From: an uncultured Candidatus Saccharibacteria bacterium
Lineage (GTDB): Bacteria > Patescibacteriota > Minisyncoccia > Phycocordibacterales > CSBR16-119
Assembly: GCA_964355515.1 (NCBI GenBank)
Contig: CAYHDV010000005.1
Location: 1-44,535 of the forward strand
Length of the DNA stretch: 44,535 bases
Reading direction: 5' to 3'
Shown here: positions 25,341 to 34,641 of the stretch, piece after piece
Position numbering within the stretch: the stretch's first letter is position 1
Layout of the letters: each line of letters opens with the position of its first letter
Program-made: the position numbers and the translations under genes
The notes under the pieces: model-generated
What the model was told of the DNA's origin: nothing
Databases searched by the model: none
What the model saw: only the letters and a program-made list of their open reading frames with translations

Positions 25341-26312
25341 ATGGCATTTGTAGATGAAATAAAAATTTATGCAAAAGCAGGAGACGGCGGAAACGGCGTT
25401 GTTCGTTGGCGTCATGATAAATTTGAACCAAAGGGAGGCCCAGCTGGTGGAAATGGCGGAAATGGTGGTGATGTCTATATTCGAGCGACAAGGGATTTGG
25501 GTATACTTTCTAAATACAGCCACAATCCAAAATTTCTTGCAGAAAAAGGAGAGAATGGTGCAGGGAGTGGACTCTTTGGTAAAAATGGAGAAAAACTATA
25601 CATCGATATTCCAGTAGGGTCTGTTGTGACCAATCTTGAAACTGGAGAAAAATTTGAACTGGATGAATCAGATAAAGAAATAAAAATTCTTGGTGGAGGA
25701 AGAGGAGGATTTGGTAACGAACATTTCAAAGCTTCCACAAATACTACTCCTGTAGAATGGACACCAGGGAAACCAGGAGAAGAAGCAGATTATCTGATAG
25801 AGGTAGAGCTTTTTGCTGATGCAGGATTTGTGGGGCTACCATCCGCAGGAAAGTCCAGCCTTCTAAACGAGCTGACAAACGCAAAATCAAAAGTTGCAGA
25901 ATACCACTTCACAACACTTGATCCTCATTTGGGTAAATATCATGAATTTATTCTTGCTGATATTCCAGGACTTATCGAAGGTGCTTCTTCTGGAAAGGGT
26001 CTTGGTCATAAATTTCTTAGACATATAAAAAGAACAAAGCTTCTTGTCCATATCGTATCGTTTGAATACGGAGATGAAATGATTGATAAATATACAGGGA
26101 TTAGAAAAGAGCTCGAAACTTATGATCCGGAACTTAGTGAAAAGGAAGAAATAATTCTACTTTCAAAAACAGACCTTGTGGATGGTGCAGAAGTAAAAAA
26201 GAGAAAAAAAGAATTTGAAAAAACAGGGAAAAAAGTATTCACCATAAGTCTATATGACAATGAGGAAGTAAAAGATTTTTCAGATGAGTTGGTTAAAATA
26301 CTAAGAAATTAA
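25341..26312 (+). CDS. obgE: GTPase ObgE/CgtA (no C-terminal extension)
   Basis: FVDE...GDGGNG Obg fold; GLPSAGKS, YHFTT, ADIPG and SKTD motifs. Confidence 0.96.
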   Translation: MAFVDEIKIYAKAGDGGNGVVRWRHDKFEPKGGPAGGNGGNGGDVYIRATRDLGILSKYSHNPKFLAEKGENGAGSGLFGKNGEKLYIDIPVGSVVTNLETGEKFELDESDKEIKILGGGRGGFGNEHFKASTNTTPVEWTPGKPGEEADYLIEVELFADAGFVGLPSAGKSSLLNELTNAKSKVAEYHFTTLDPHLGKYHEFILADIPGLIEGASSGKGLGHKFLRHIKRTKLLVHIVSFEYGDEMIDKYTGIRKELETYDPELSEKEEIILLSKTDLVDGAEVKKRKKEFEKTGKKVFTISLYDNEEVKDFSDELVKILRN

Positions 26313-26337
26313 AAAAGCCCACAAAAGGTGGGCTTTT
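26311..26337. terminator. Bidirectional terminator
   Basis: AAAAAAGCCCAC-AAAAG-GTGGGCTTTT. Confidence 0.75.
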
Positions 26338-26347
26338 CTTATTTCTT

Positions 26348-26743
26348 TTATTTCACTTTCTGTCGGTATTTGTTCAATATCCGATTGAATTCGGTTGTGT
26401 CCGAGACATAAAAGTAGTTTGTCCACCTATCTATGGCTGGGGCTCCGGGTTTTGTTTTAATGTATTTTTTCCCATTCTCCGTTTCGGATATGTGGATTAC
26501 TCTTACAAATTCACCGGCATTAAAGAATTCAAATCCGAGATTCATGCCGAACCTCTCGCAAGAACCACAATCCTTCATGCGGACCAGTCGGACCTTGTCG
26601 AAATACTCAAACTTTTTGATAATGTTTAACACCTCTGTCCCTTCATCTTGTGACAAAGAAAAAGTGTCAATATACAGTGTCGTCTGAGCATGAAGATTGT
26701 TCAACATACACAACAAAAATAGGGCAAAAATTATTTTTTTCAT
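26348..26743 (-). CDS. Secreted hypothetical protein
   Basis: MKKIIFALFLLCMLNNLHA-Q signal peptide and a CGSC motif. Confidence 0.7.
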   Translation of the reverse strand: MKKIIFALFLLCMLNNLHAQTTLYIDTFSLSQDEGTEVLNIIKKFEYFDKVRLVRMKDCGSCERFGMNLGFEFFNAGEFVRVIHISETENGKKYIKTKPGAPAIDRWTNYFYVSDTTEFNRILNKYRQKVK

Positions 26744-26857
26744 AGAGAACTTTTTTCTTATTTTTAGCACAAATTATTTAATTGGTCAATTTGATTATCT
26801 TAGATATACTATATGAGTAAAAGAAGAATGTATTATTAAAAATATAAAACAACTATT

Positions 26858-27526
26858 ATGAAAAATACAATTTACACGATAATAATGATTGCACTCTTGG
26901 CCGTAGCAACATTTCTAATTATTAGCCCAAACAAAAGTGTAGCTCCAGCAGATAATGGAGGAGATACAAGCCAAACAGAAGAAGTTATCACTGGATCAGA
27001 TGAAGAGACTTCATACCAAAAATCTGTTGACATGGAGCGGAGTGAGGTCACTTGGGTTGGTAAAAAATCTTTTGTTGAAGGATATGAAGACAAAGGGACA
27101 ATAGCTCTTTTGAGTGGAGGACTTAATGTCCCAACCGAAGAAAGTGAAATTGGCGGAGAATTTGTTTTTGATATGAATTCTATTGTCGTTACAGAAACTG
27201 GAGTAGGTGGAGGGTTCGCTGGATTAGAGAAAGATTTGAAGAGTGAAAACTTTTTTGATATTCTGAACCACCCAACAGCCAAGTTTGTGATTACCGGCGG
27301 AAACCAAACATCAATTGTGGGGGATCTAACAATAAAAGGAATTACAAAATCAGTTACGGTAGGCGTGTCTTCTTGGAATGAGACGGAGCAATTTGTGGAA
27401 GGATCTATAGCGGTGAATAGACTAGACTTTGGAATGGATTTCCGATCAGAAGGTCTTATTGGCCGAATAGAAAATCAAGTTATTGCTGATACTTTTGATA
27501 TTAATTTCAAAATCTACTATAAATAA
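26858..27526 (+). CDS. YceI family lipid/polyisoprenoid-binding protein
   Basis: SEVTWVGKK, LKSENFFD..HPTAKF, GDLTIKGITK and NRLDFG motifs. Confidence 0.9.
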   Translation: MKNTIYTIIMIALLAVATFLIISPNKSVAPADNGGDTSQTEEVITGSDEETSYQKSVDMERSEVTWVGKKSFVEGYEDKGTIALLSGGLNVPTEESEIGGEFVFDMNSIVVTETGVGGGFAGLEKDLKSENFFDILNHPTAKFVITGGNQTSIVGDLTIKGITKSVTVGVSSWNETEQFVEGSIAVNRLDFGMDFRSEGLIGRIENQVIADTFDINFKIYYK

Positions 27527-27547
27527 TAATTGATAATGTGATATATG

Positions 27548-27580
27548 AAAAAGCCCCGCCGAAATTCGGCGGGGCTTTTT
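27548..27580. terminator. Bidirectional terminator
   Basis: AAAAAGCCCCGCCGAA-A-TTCGGCGGGGCTTTTT. Confidence 0.85.
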
Positions 27581-27585
27581 AGCAG

Positions 27586-27972
27586 CTAGTTCTCTTTCAT
27601 GGATAGGCAGTGCTTGTAGTAACCACTGTAAGTAAAGAAACTAGAATGGATAGGTTTTAGGTGATAGAGACGTCCATCTTTTTGAATTTGGAATTCTTCT
27701 TTTCCAATCTCAATATTACAGTCTTTTATCCCGTACAGATAGTCGTACAATTTTCGAGATTCTATTGATGAGTCTAGATCTGGAAGAAATTTTTTACTCG
27801 TGAGCTCCCGCACTGTTTGTATCATCGTGTGTAAAGTAAGATTTTCCTCGTTTATTAGTATAATTCCTCCACCTTCTGATAGGGTTGGTTTATCTTTGGA
27901 AGCATAGACCATTTTATACTGATACAAAAATATTTTTACCATTTTTCTAAGTTCAAATTTGTTTTCCCTCAT
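27586..27972 (-). CDS. Hypothetical protein
   Basis: 128-aa ORF ending just before the terminator. Confidence 0.55.
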   Translation of the reverse strand: MRENKFELRKMVKIFLYQYKMVYASKDKPTLSEGGGIILINEENLTLHTMIQTVRELTSKKFLPDLDSSIESRKLYDYLYGIKDCNIEIGKEEFQIQKDGRLYHLKPIHSSFFTYSGYYKHCLSMKEN

Positions 27973-28035
27973 ATTACAATTTTAAACTACAAAGTCAACT
28001 AAACCTCAAAACTCCTATCTGGTATACTAGTTTTT

Positions 28036-29478
28036 ATGGAATCAAAATATTTTGTCACAATCGGGCTTGAAATTCATGTGGAATTAAACACAAAAACAAA
28101 GATGTTTTCTTCTGCTCCAAACAATCCCGACGAAAAAACTCCAAACCAGAATATTGACCCCGTGTCTCTGGCTCATCCAGGGACTCTTCCTGTGATCAAC
28201 AAGCAGGCTGTGGAGCATGTGATCCGTGTAGGACTTGCGCTGGATTCAAAGATCGCCAATTTCACTGAGTTTGATAGGAAAAACTATTTCTATCCAGACA
28301 TCCCAAAAGGCTATCAGATTTCTCAGTACAAATATCCTATTGTCTCTGGTGGGTCGCTGGCTGGAGTGGATATTACTCGAGTGCACCTAGAAGAAGATAC
28401 CGCTACAAGCAAGCACCTCTCGACCTCGCTCGAGGCGGGTGATAAGGGTGGCTACTCACTTGTAGATTTTAATCGTGCAGGAGTACCGCTCATGGAGCTG
28501 GTAACAGAGCCTTGTATTCATGATGTAGAAACTATTGGAACATTTGGACGAGAACTCCAAACAGTACTTCGGTATCTTGGCGTGTCAGAAGCAAACATGG
28601 AAAAGGGGGAGATGCGAGTAGAGGTAAACCTTTCTATTTCACCAGATAAAGATATTCTAGGTACAAAGGTAGAGGTAAAAAATATCGCAAGTTTCAAGAT
28701 GGCAGAAAAAGCCGCCGAATATGAAATTGCCAGGCACACAGCTCTTTGGGAAGAGGGAAGACAAGGAGAGCTAGTACAAGAGACTCGTGGTTGGGATGAT
28801 ATAAACCAAAAAACATTTTCTCAAAGATCAAAAGAAAACTCCGCTGATTATCGGTATTTCCCAGACCCAGACTTGCCAAAGCTTTATTTACATGAAATGT
28901 TTGACTTGGATAGTTTGAAAGCCGGACTCCCAGAGCTTCCATCATTGAAACGAGAGAGGTATAAAAAAGATTTTGGAATCAAAGATGAAGATATAGAAAG
29001 TTATGTCTTGGACAAAAATCTTGGATCTTATTTTGAGTCTGTCATCGAAACTCTTGGAAATGGAGACCTAGCGAAGCTTGCTTCAAATTACATTACAACA
29101 GACGTTGTGGGTCAGGTTGCAAATGATGAATCACTGAATTTTCCAGAGGTAGCCCACTTTGCCAGACTGCTGAAAATGACAAATGAAGGAGCTATTGGTT
29201 CTCGAACAGCAAAGGATCTGCTCCTTCGATACATGCAAGGAGAAACAAAAGATCCAGAAGAGATTGCTGAGGCAGAGGGATTGATCCAGAAAAACGATCC
29301 AGATGCTATAAAGAAAATTGCTGAACAAGTAATCACAGAAAACCAAAAAGCGGTAGAAGACTACAAATCTGGAAACGAAAACTCCCTGAGATTCCTGATG
29401 GGTCAAGTGATGAAGCTTTCAAAAGGGTCTGCAAATCCAAAGATGGCAGAAGAAATAATCAAAGAATTACTCGGTTAA
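28036..29478 (+). CDS. gatB: Asp/Glu-tRNA amidotransferase subunit B
   Basis: IGLEIHVEL, FDRKNYFYPD.PKGYQISQ, HLEED, NRAGVPLMELVTEP and DYRYFPDPDLP motifs. Confidence 0.97.
   Translation: MESKYFVTIGLEIHVELNTKTKMFSSAPNNPDEKTPNQNIDPVSLAHPGTLPVINKQAVEHVIRVGLALDSKIANFTEFDRKNYFYPDIPKGYQISQYKYPIVSGGSLAGVDITRVHLEEDTATSKHLSTSLEAGDKGGYSLVDFNRAGVPLMELVTEPCIHDVETIGTFGRELQTVLRYLGVSEANMEKGEMRVEVNLSISPDKDILGTKVEVKNIASFKMAEKAAEYEIARHTALWEEGRQGELVQETRGWDDINQKTFSQRSKENSADYRYFPDPDLPKLYLHEMFDLDSLKAGLPELPSLKRERYKKDFGIKDEDIESYVLDKNLGSYFESVIETLGNGDLAKLASNYITTDVVGQVANDESLNFPEVAHFARLLKMTNEGAIGSRTAKDLLLRYMQGETKDPEEIAEAEGLIQKNDPDAIKKIAEQVITENQKAVEDYKSGNENSLRFLMGQVMKLSKGSANPKMAEEIIKELLG
28416..28435. repeat. REP-like mini-palindrome inside gatB
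   Basis: CCTCTCGACCTCGCTCGAGG, stem CTCGA/TCGAG; encodes LSTSLEA in a loop after HLEED. Confidence 0.55.
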
Positions 29479-29521
29479 GAAATCCCCAGTTCTAGGGGGC
29501 ATGATATGTTACAATTCCAAT

Positions 29522-30028
29522 ATGTCTATTTCTGAAGAAAAATTTGATAAAGTGATGTCCACTATTATTGATCGGTTAGATACGATGGATGGGCGGTTTG
29601 ATGGTATGGACAAGAAACTCCAGACCATGGATGGACGGTTTGATTCTGTGGAAGGTCACCTAGAGAACGTGGGGTCTGAATTGGATGGTATGGACAAGAA
29701 ACTCCAGACCATGGATGGACAGCTTGGAACCATGTCAAGTCGTTTTGATGCTATAGAAGAGAGAATTGAGCATTTGGCCATAAGTACTGCAAAAGGCTTT
29801 GAACAAGTAGATAATCGATTTGAACAAGTAGATAAAAGGTTCGAGCAAGTAGATAATCGCTTTGAAACAATCAAAACAGAAATAGTAGATGAACTCCGAA
29901 CTGAAATCCAAAATTCAAAACTAGAGATTATCGATACAAAGGCCTCTACTGCTAGAGTGGAGGACCTAGAATCTCGGGTTTCTGATATTGAAGAAATAAT
30001 GTCAAAGATAGACTTGAAAACATCTTAA
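29522..30028 (+). CDS. Heptad-repeat coiled-coil protein
   Basis: MDGRFDG / MDKKLQT / FEQVDNR 7-aa repeats. Start moved to MSISE after TACAAT (29510-29515). Confidence 0.8.
   Translation: MSISEEKFDKVMSTIIDRLDTMDGRFDGMDKKLQTMDGRFDSVEGHLENVGSELDGMDKKLQTMDGQLGTMSSRFDAIEERIEHLAISTAKGFEQVDNRFEQVDKRFEQVDNRFETIKTEIVDELRTEIQNSKLEIIDTKASTARVEDLESRVSDIEEIMSKIDLKTS
29600..29860 (+). repeat. Intragenic direct and tandem repeats
   Basis: Identical 37-mer at 29600-29636 and 29684-29720. Three 21-bp units TT(T/C)GA(A/G)CAAGTAGATAA.... at 29798-29860. Confidence 0.9.
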
Positions 30029-30067
30029 AATCACCCAAGTGGTGTTTTTTTGGTATAATGAAAATAT

Positions 30068-31093
30068 ATGAAAAAAATAAACGTAGCTATAAATGGATTT
30101 GGGAGAATTGGGCGGGCTTTCTATAAAGCATCCATGGAAAGAGAGGAAATAAATGTTGTCGCAATAAATGACCTTGGTGATGTGGAAAACCTAGCTTACT
30201 TACTAGAATATGACACCGCATATGGTGTGAGCGAATTTGAGGTTTTTGCAAAAGAGGGAAACCTGGTGATAGATGGAAAAGAGGTAAAAGTTTTTCAAGA
30301 AAAAGAACCAGCAAATCTTCCTTGGGGTAAATTGGATGTTGATGTGGTGGTAGAGTCTACTGGATTTTTCACTACATATGAAAAAGCTAAATCTCACTTA
30401 GACGCTGGCGCAAAAAAGGTTGTTATCTCTGCTCCTGTCAAAGGTGAGCAAACTCCGGGTATTGTGGGTGCAACAGTTCTTATGGGAATCAATGAACATG
30501 AGCTACAGACTTGCCAGATATCATCAAACGGATCTTGCACTACAAACGCCTCAAGCCCACTTATCTCAATTCTAGATGAAGCTATCGGTATAGAAAAAGC
30601 AATTCTAAATACTGTCCATGCATACACAGCCAGCCAGTCTGTTGTTGATGGACCTAAAAAAGATTTTAGAGAGGGTCGTGCGGCTGCTCAAAATATTATT
30701 CCCACCTCAACTGGAGCTGCTATTGCTGTGACTCAAGTTCTTCCTCAGCTGAAAGGTAAGTTTGATGGTGTAGCTATGCGCGTGCCGGTGGTGGCGGGGT
30801 CTATAGTGGATGTTACTTTCATTTCAAAAAAGCCTACAACAGTAGAAGAGATAAATGAAATCCTCAAGAAAGCATCCACTGATTCCCGATGGGCAAATAT
30901 TTTTGGGGTAACAGATGAGCCAATTGTCTCGTCAGATATTATTGGTTCTCCGCTTGCTTCTATCGCAGACTTGGCTATGACACGAGTTGTCGATGGAAAC
31001 TTGGTAAAAGTAATGGCATGGTATGACAATGAAATGGGGTATACACATACGTTGGTTGAGCATGTAATTAAGACTGGAGGTGGAATTATCTAA
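30068..31093 (+). CDS. gap: Type I glyceraldehyde-3-phosphate dehydrogenase
   Basis: INGFGRIGR, VVESTG, SCTTN, IPTSTGAA and WYDNE motifs. Confidence 0.97.
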   Translation: MKKINVAINGFGRIGRAFYKASMEREEINVVAINDLGDVENLAYLLEYDTAYGVSEFEVFAKEGNLVIDGKEVKVFQEKEPANLPWGKLDVDVVVESTGFFTTYEKAKSHLDAGAKKVVISAPVKGEQTPGIVGATVLMGINEHELQTCQISSNGSCTTNASSPLISILDEAIGIEKAILNTVHAYTASQSVVDGPKKDFREGRAAAQNIIPTSTGAAIAVTQVLPQLKGKFDGVAMRVPVVAGSIVDVTFISKKPTTVEEINEILKKASTDSRWANIFGVTDEPIVSSDIIGSPLASIADLAMTRVVDGNLVKVMAWYDNEMGYTHTLVEHVIKTGGGII

Positions 31094-31204
31094 AACTAAA
31101 TATATACACAAAAAAGCCCGCAAGTAAGGGCTTTTTTGTGCTATTGACTTTTATCATTATATATGATATGATATATTTAAATATGAACCTATAAACCTTA
31201 TACC

Positions 31205-31696
31205 ATGAAACTGTTCAGTGTAATTTTTGGAAATGAAGGAGACTCTGTAGTGAATGGAGCCAGCCTCTCATCTAATCACAAACTCAAACTTGGAAATGAA
31301 GAAATCCCATGTCTTGGGCTGGAGAAGTCTGACATTTGCTCAGGCAAAGCCCACCGATTGAATGCTGTCAAAAGAGGGATCCACTTGAACATCTACAAAG
31401 ATCACAAAAAAGATGATTCAGGGGTTCTCTTCCTAGTCAGTTCGTTGTTTAATGCAGAAACTGTCGTAGGAAATCAGAAGTTCTTCCACAAACGTGGTAG
31501 GAACACTCTTGTGGCGGTAGAATACCAACCAGAAACCTTGGTTGCTGCGATTCATCTTCCGGGCCACAATGTCATCTTCCACATCAAGGGAGAGGAAAGA
31601 GCTCGGATGTTGCCAGAAAAAGAATTCAATCAGCTGATTAAAAAGGCTATCAAGGACCCAGCCAGAGCTCTCGAGCTTCTGCGAATAGCGGCCTAA
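31205..31696 (+). CDS. Hypothetical protein
   Basis: 163-aa ORF with TTGACT...TATGAT upstream and hairpins on both sides. Confidence 0.65.
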   Translation: MKLFSVIFGNEGDSVVNGASLSSNHKLKLGNEEIPCLGLEKSDICSGKAHRLNAVKRGIHLNIYKDHKKDDSGVLFLVSSLFNAETVVGNQKFFHKRGRNTLVAVEYQPETLVAAIHLPGHNVIFHIKGEERARMLPEKEFNQLIKKAIKDPARALELLRIAA

Positions 31697-31769
31697 GATT
31701 CTTTCGATCATGTGTGAAAACCCTTCCGCCTTTGGTGGGAGGGTTTTTTATTTGCTATACTATATAAAT

Positions 31770-32147
31770 ATGGGAAATGAAAATAATAAAAAAATAGAAG
31801 AATTTTTAGGAGGAAGTTTCTTAATATCTTTTCTTTTTTATGTAACGGTAGGTTTAATAATTGGGATTGTTGATCCTCTAGTTTTTTGTACGGGTCCTTG
31901 TTTAACGCCTGCTTTTAATGGTCAGCTTTCTAATTTTATTGAACCACTTCTAAGTTGGGGAGCTTTTATATTTGTTTTTATTCTAGGTGGGTTAATTGGT
32001 CTGAATAGCAATGTTAGAAAGTATACGACTTGGGTTCTTGTTTCTGCATTAATTTCATTTTTAATTTTTGGTACTATCCATCAAATCAAAGAATCTAAGA
32101 GAATATCAAAAGTTCCTTATCCTCCTGTTATTATGATTCCAAACTAA
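31770..32147 (+). CDS. Hypothetical membrane protein (3 TM)
   Basis: Hydrophobic segments and a CTGPC loop. Start moved to MGNEN after TATACT (31756-31761). Confidence 0.65.
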   Translation: MGNENNKKIEEFLGGSFLISFLFYVTVGLIIGIVDPLVFCTGPCLTPAFNGQLSNFIEPLLSWGAFIFVFILGGLIGLNSNVRKYTTWVLVSALISFLIFGTIHQIKESKRISKVPYPPVIMIPN

Positions 32148-32158
32148 ATAGAGTAAAT

Positions 32159-32596
32159 ATGAAAATATACCTAGCTGCAGATCACGCTGGATTTGAAATG
32201 AAAGAGTCCATGAAGAAATATTTGGAAGGAGAGGGTCACCAAGTGACTGATTTTGGTGCACATGAGTACAACGAGTCTGATGACTATCCAGACTTTATTC
32301 GTCCGTGCGCGGAAGCAGTAGCTGGCGACAGCTCTTCACTTGGGATTATCTTTGGTGGGTCTGGTCAGGGAGAAGATATGGTCGCGGACAAAGTGGTGGG
32401 AGTTCGGTCTGCGGTTTATTATGGTGGACCACTTGAGATAGTTAGCCTTGCCAGAGAGCACAACGATGCTAATATACTTTCCATAGGAGCACGATTTGTG
32501 GGAGAAGAGAATGCGAAAGAAGCAGTGGATTTGTTTATAGAAACACCATTTTCAGGGGACGAGAGACATATTAGAAGAATAGAAAAAATAGACTAA
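32159..32596 (+). CDS. rpiB: Ribose-5-phosphate isomerase B
   Basis: ADHAG, DYPD, GGSGQGE, AREHNDAN and RHIRR motifs. Confidence 0.95.
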   Translation: MKIYLAADHAGFEMKESMKKYLEGEGHQVTDFGAHEYNESDDYPDFIRPCAEAVAGDSSSLGIIFGGSGQGEDMVADKVVGVRSAVYYGGPLEIVSLAREHNDANILSIGARFVGEENAKEAVDLFIETPFSGDERHIRRIEKID

Positions 32597-32598
32597 CC

Positions 32599-32994
32599 AT
32601 GAGATTTTCACAAGAACAACCAGATAAAAAAGAAATAACAGATCCAAAAGAAAGAAAAGCTGAAATACTTGGAGAGCTAGCTTGGATTGATGGTGATGGC
32701 AAAGAAGAAGAAATTGATATTGAGATACGAAATATTGAAAATAATATTCTGGAAATTCGTAATGAGATAGCGAGTCTTGAGGGGTGGAGCTCAGAAGAGG
32801 TCTCTCCGAAAGACATAGGTGGCGACCCAATAAATCAGGGGAAAATAGATTCTTTGAGAGAGAAAAAAGACAAAGAAGTCTCAAGAAAAAGACAATTAGA
32901 GGTACAGCTAAAGAAATTTACCCCAGGATACAAAGACGCACTTATCGAAGAGCTTGTTGATATAAATAGAGAACTAGAAAAACATCAAGATTAA
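32599..32994 (+). CDS. Hypothetical acidic coiled-coil protein
   Basis: Tightly packed between rpiB and rpe (2-nt and 1-nt gaps). Confidence 0.7.
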   Translation: MRFSQEQPDKKEITDPKERKAEILGELAWIDGDGKEEEIDIEIRNIENNILEIRNEIASLEGWSSEEVSPKDIGGDPINQGKIDSLREKKDKEVSRKRQLEVQLKKFTPGYKDALIEELVDINRELEKHQD

Positions 32995-32995
32995 T

Positions 32996-33643
32996 ATGAT
33001 TGAAATAATTCCGGCAATAATGCCACAGACAATTGAAGAAGCGAGAGAGAAGGCGGGGCTTGTGCCAGAAGCGCTTTCTCTTCAGTTAGACCTGATGGAT
33101 GGGAAATATGTGGGGGAGAGGACTTTCCCTTATAACGGCAATGAGAAAATGTCTCCACTTGAGATTGGTGTATTTGAGCTTGATTTGATGATCAAAAATG
33201 CTTCAGACAGGATCCCAGAGTGGCTTGGTTTGGGGGCGACACGACTTATTTTTCATATTGAGGCGGAAGACGGATTACTTGATAATTTCCAAAAGTATGG
33301 GGAAGCTTTGGTGGGAGTGGAGAGAGGTCTTGCTGTGGGTATAGATACTCCAGATGAGCGCCTAGACGAGCTGGTACCGTATGTTGATTTCGTACAGTTT
33401 ATGGGTATTCAGAAAATTGGATACCAAGGCGAGCCTTTTGCAGAAGAGATAATAGAAAAAATAAAATCATTTAAGCAAGTGTACCCTGATGTGATAGTGA
33501 GTGTGGATGGCGGAGTTTCAAAAGAAAATATCCTGAGATTAAAAGAAGCAGGTGTGAATAGAGTGGTGGTTGGTTCTGCTATTTTTGGTTCTGGTGATCC
33601 AGGTGAGAATTTGGAAGAACTGGAAGAGTTAATAAAGGATTAA
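32996..33643 (+). CDS. rpe: Ribulose-phosphate 3-epimerase (divergent)
   Basis: DLMDG, DLMI, FHIE, GYQG, SVDGGV and VVGSAIF motifs; operon context. Confidence 0.88.
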   Translation: MIEIIPAIMPQTIEEAREKAGLVPEALSLQLDLMDGKYVGERTFPYNGNEKMSPLEIGVFELDLMIKNASDRIPEWLGLGATRLIFHIEAEDGLLDNFQKYGEALVGVERGLAVGIDTPDERLDELVPYVDFVQFMGIQKIGYQGEPFAEEIIEKIKSFKQVYPDVIVSVDGGVSKENILRLKEAGVNRVVVGSAIFGSGDPGENLEELEELIKD

Positions 33644-33752
33644 ATTGTTGCTAAGTTTATCAAGAACAGTCCTTGCAAAAATGTATTGTTCTTGTGAAAT
33701 TCTATAAACACCTCCCGCAGGTGTTTTTTCACTTTCTTGGTATACTATACCC

Positions 33753-34637
33753 ATGCATGTAAGTGATGAAAAAATAAAAGAGCTTGAGCTGAAGGCAAAC
33801 GAGATTCGGATGTCTATTGTGGATATGCTCGAGGATGCTGGATCGGGGCACACTGCGGGTCCACTTGGGATGACAGACATATTCACTGCTTTTTATTTTC
33901 ATATTTTAAATCACGATCCCAAAAATCCAGATATGGAAGGGAGGGATAGATTGATACTTTCAAATGGTCACATTGTCCCTGTGCGATATGCCACTATGGC
34001 ACATGCGGGGTATTTCCCAATAGAAGAATTAAAGACACTTCGGAAATTTGGTACTAGACTACAGGGTCACCCAGAGCGGACACTCTTGCCAGGACTTGAG
34101 ACTACTTCTGGGCCACTTGGATCTGGGCTTTCTCAGGCTGCAGGGATGGCGTATGTGGCACGAATGGATGCTTCGACAAGCTCAGCACAGGTGACTCACC
34201 AGCCACAAATATACTGCCTACTCTCTGATGGTGAACTTCAAGCAGGGAATACTTGGGAGGGAGCGATGTTTGCTGGGGCAAACAAACTGGGAAATCTGAC
34301 CTGTGTTGTGGATAGAAACAATATCCAGATTGGTGGACGAACAGAAGAAGTGATGCCACTTGAACCACTAAAAGATAAATTCGAAGCTTTTGGATTTCAT
34401 GTGATGGATGTTGATGGGCACAATATAGAGGAGTTTATAAATGCAGTTGAACAAGCAAAGGCTATCGTAGAAAAGCCTGTTTGTATTTTGTCGCATACAA
34501 TCCCCGGCAAAGGAATAAAAGAAATAGAGCATGATTTCCTGTGGCATGGTAAGTCGCCAAATAAGGAAGAAGAACAGAAGTTCTTGAAAGAACTTCGGAC
34601 ATTACAAGGAAAGATAGAAGGAGGCCACTCTGAATAA
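33753..34637 (+). CDS. Transketolase, N-terminal (TPP-binding) subunit
   Basis: GSGH, RDRLILSNGH, LQGHP, SGPLGSG, SDGELQAG...N and WHG motifs. Confidence 0.95.
   Translation: MHVSDEKIKELELKANEIRMSIVDMLEDAGSGHTAGPLGMTDIFTAFYFHILNHDPKNPDMEGRDRLILSNGHIVPVRYATMAHAGYFPIEELKTLRKFGTRLQGHPERTLLPGLETTSGPLGSGLSQAAGMAYVARMDASTSSAQVTHQPQIYCLLSDGELQAGNTWEGAMFAGANKLGNLTCVVDRNNIQIGGRTEEVMPLEPLKDKFEAFGFHVMDVDGHNIEEFINAVEQAKAIVEKPVCILSHTIPGKGIKEIEHDFLWHGKSPNKEEEQKFLKELRTLQGKIEGGHSE
34169..34187. repeat. REP-like palindrome inside transketolase
   Basis: TGCTTCGACAAGCTCAGCA (reverse TGCTGAGCTTGTCGAAGCA); encodes ASTSSA. Confidence 0.65.
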
Positions 34638-34641
34638 CAAC

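Noticed and set aside
29798-29860. 21-bp tandem repeats as CRISPR or iterons
   Set aside because: There are no spacers, and the variation is mostly at synonymous positions, so this is a coding heptad repeat.
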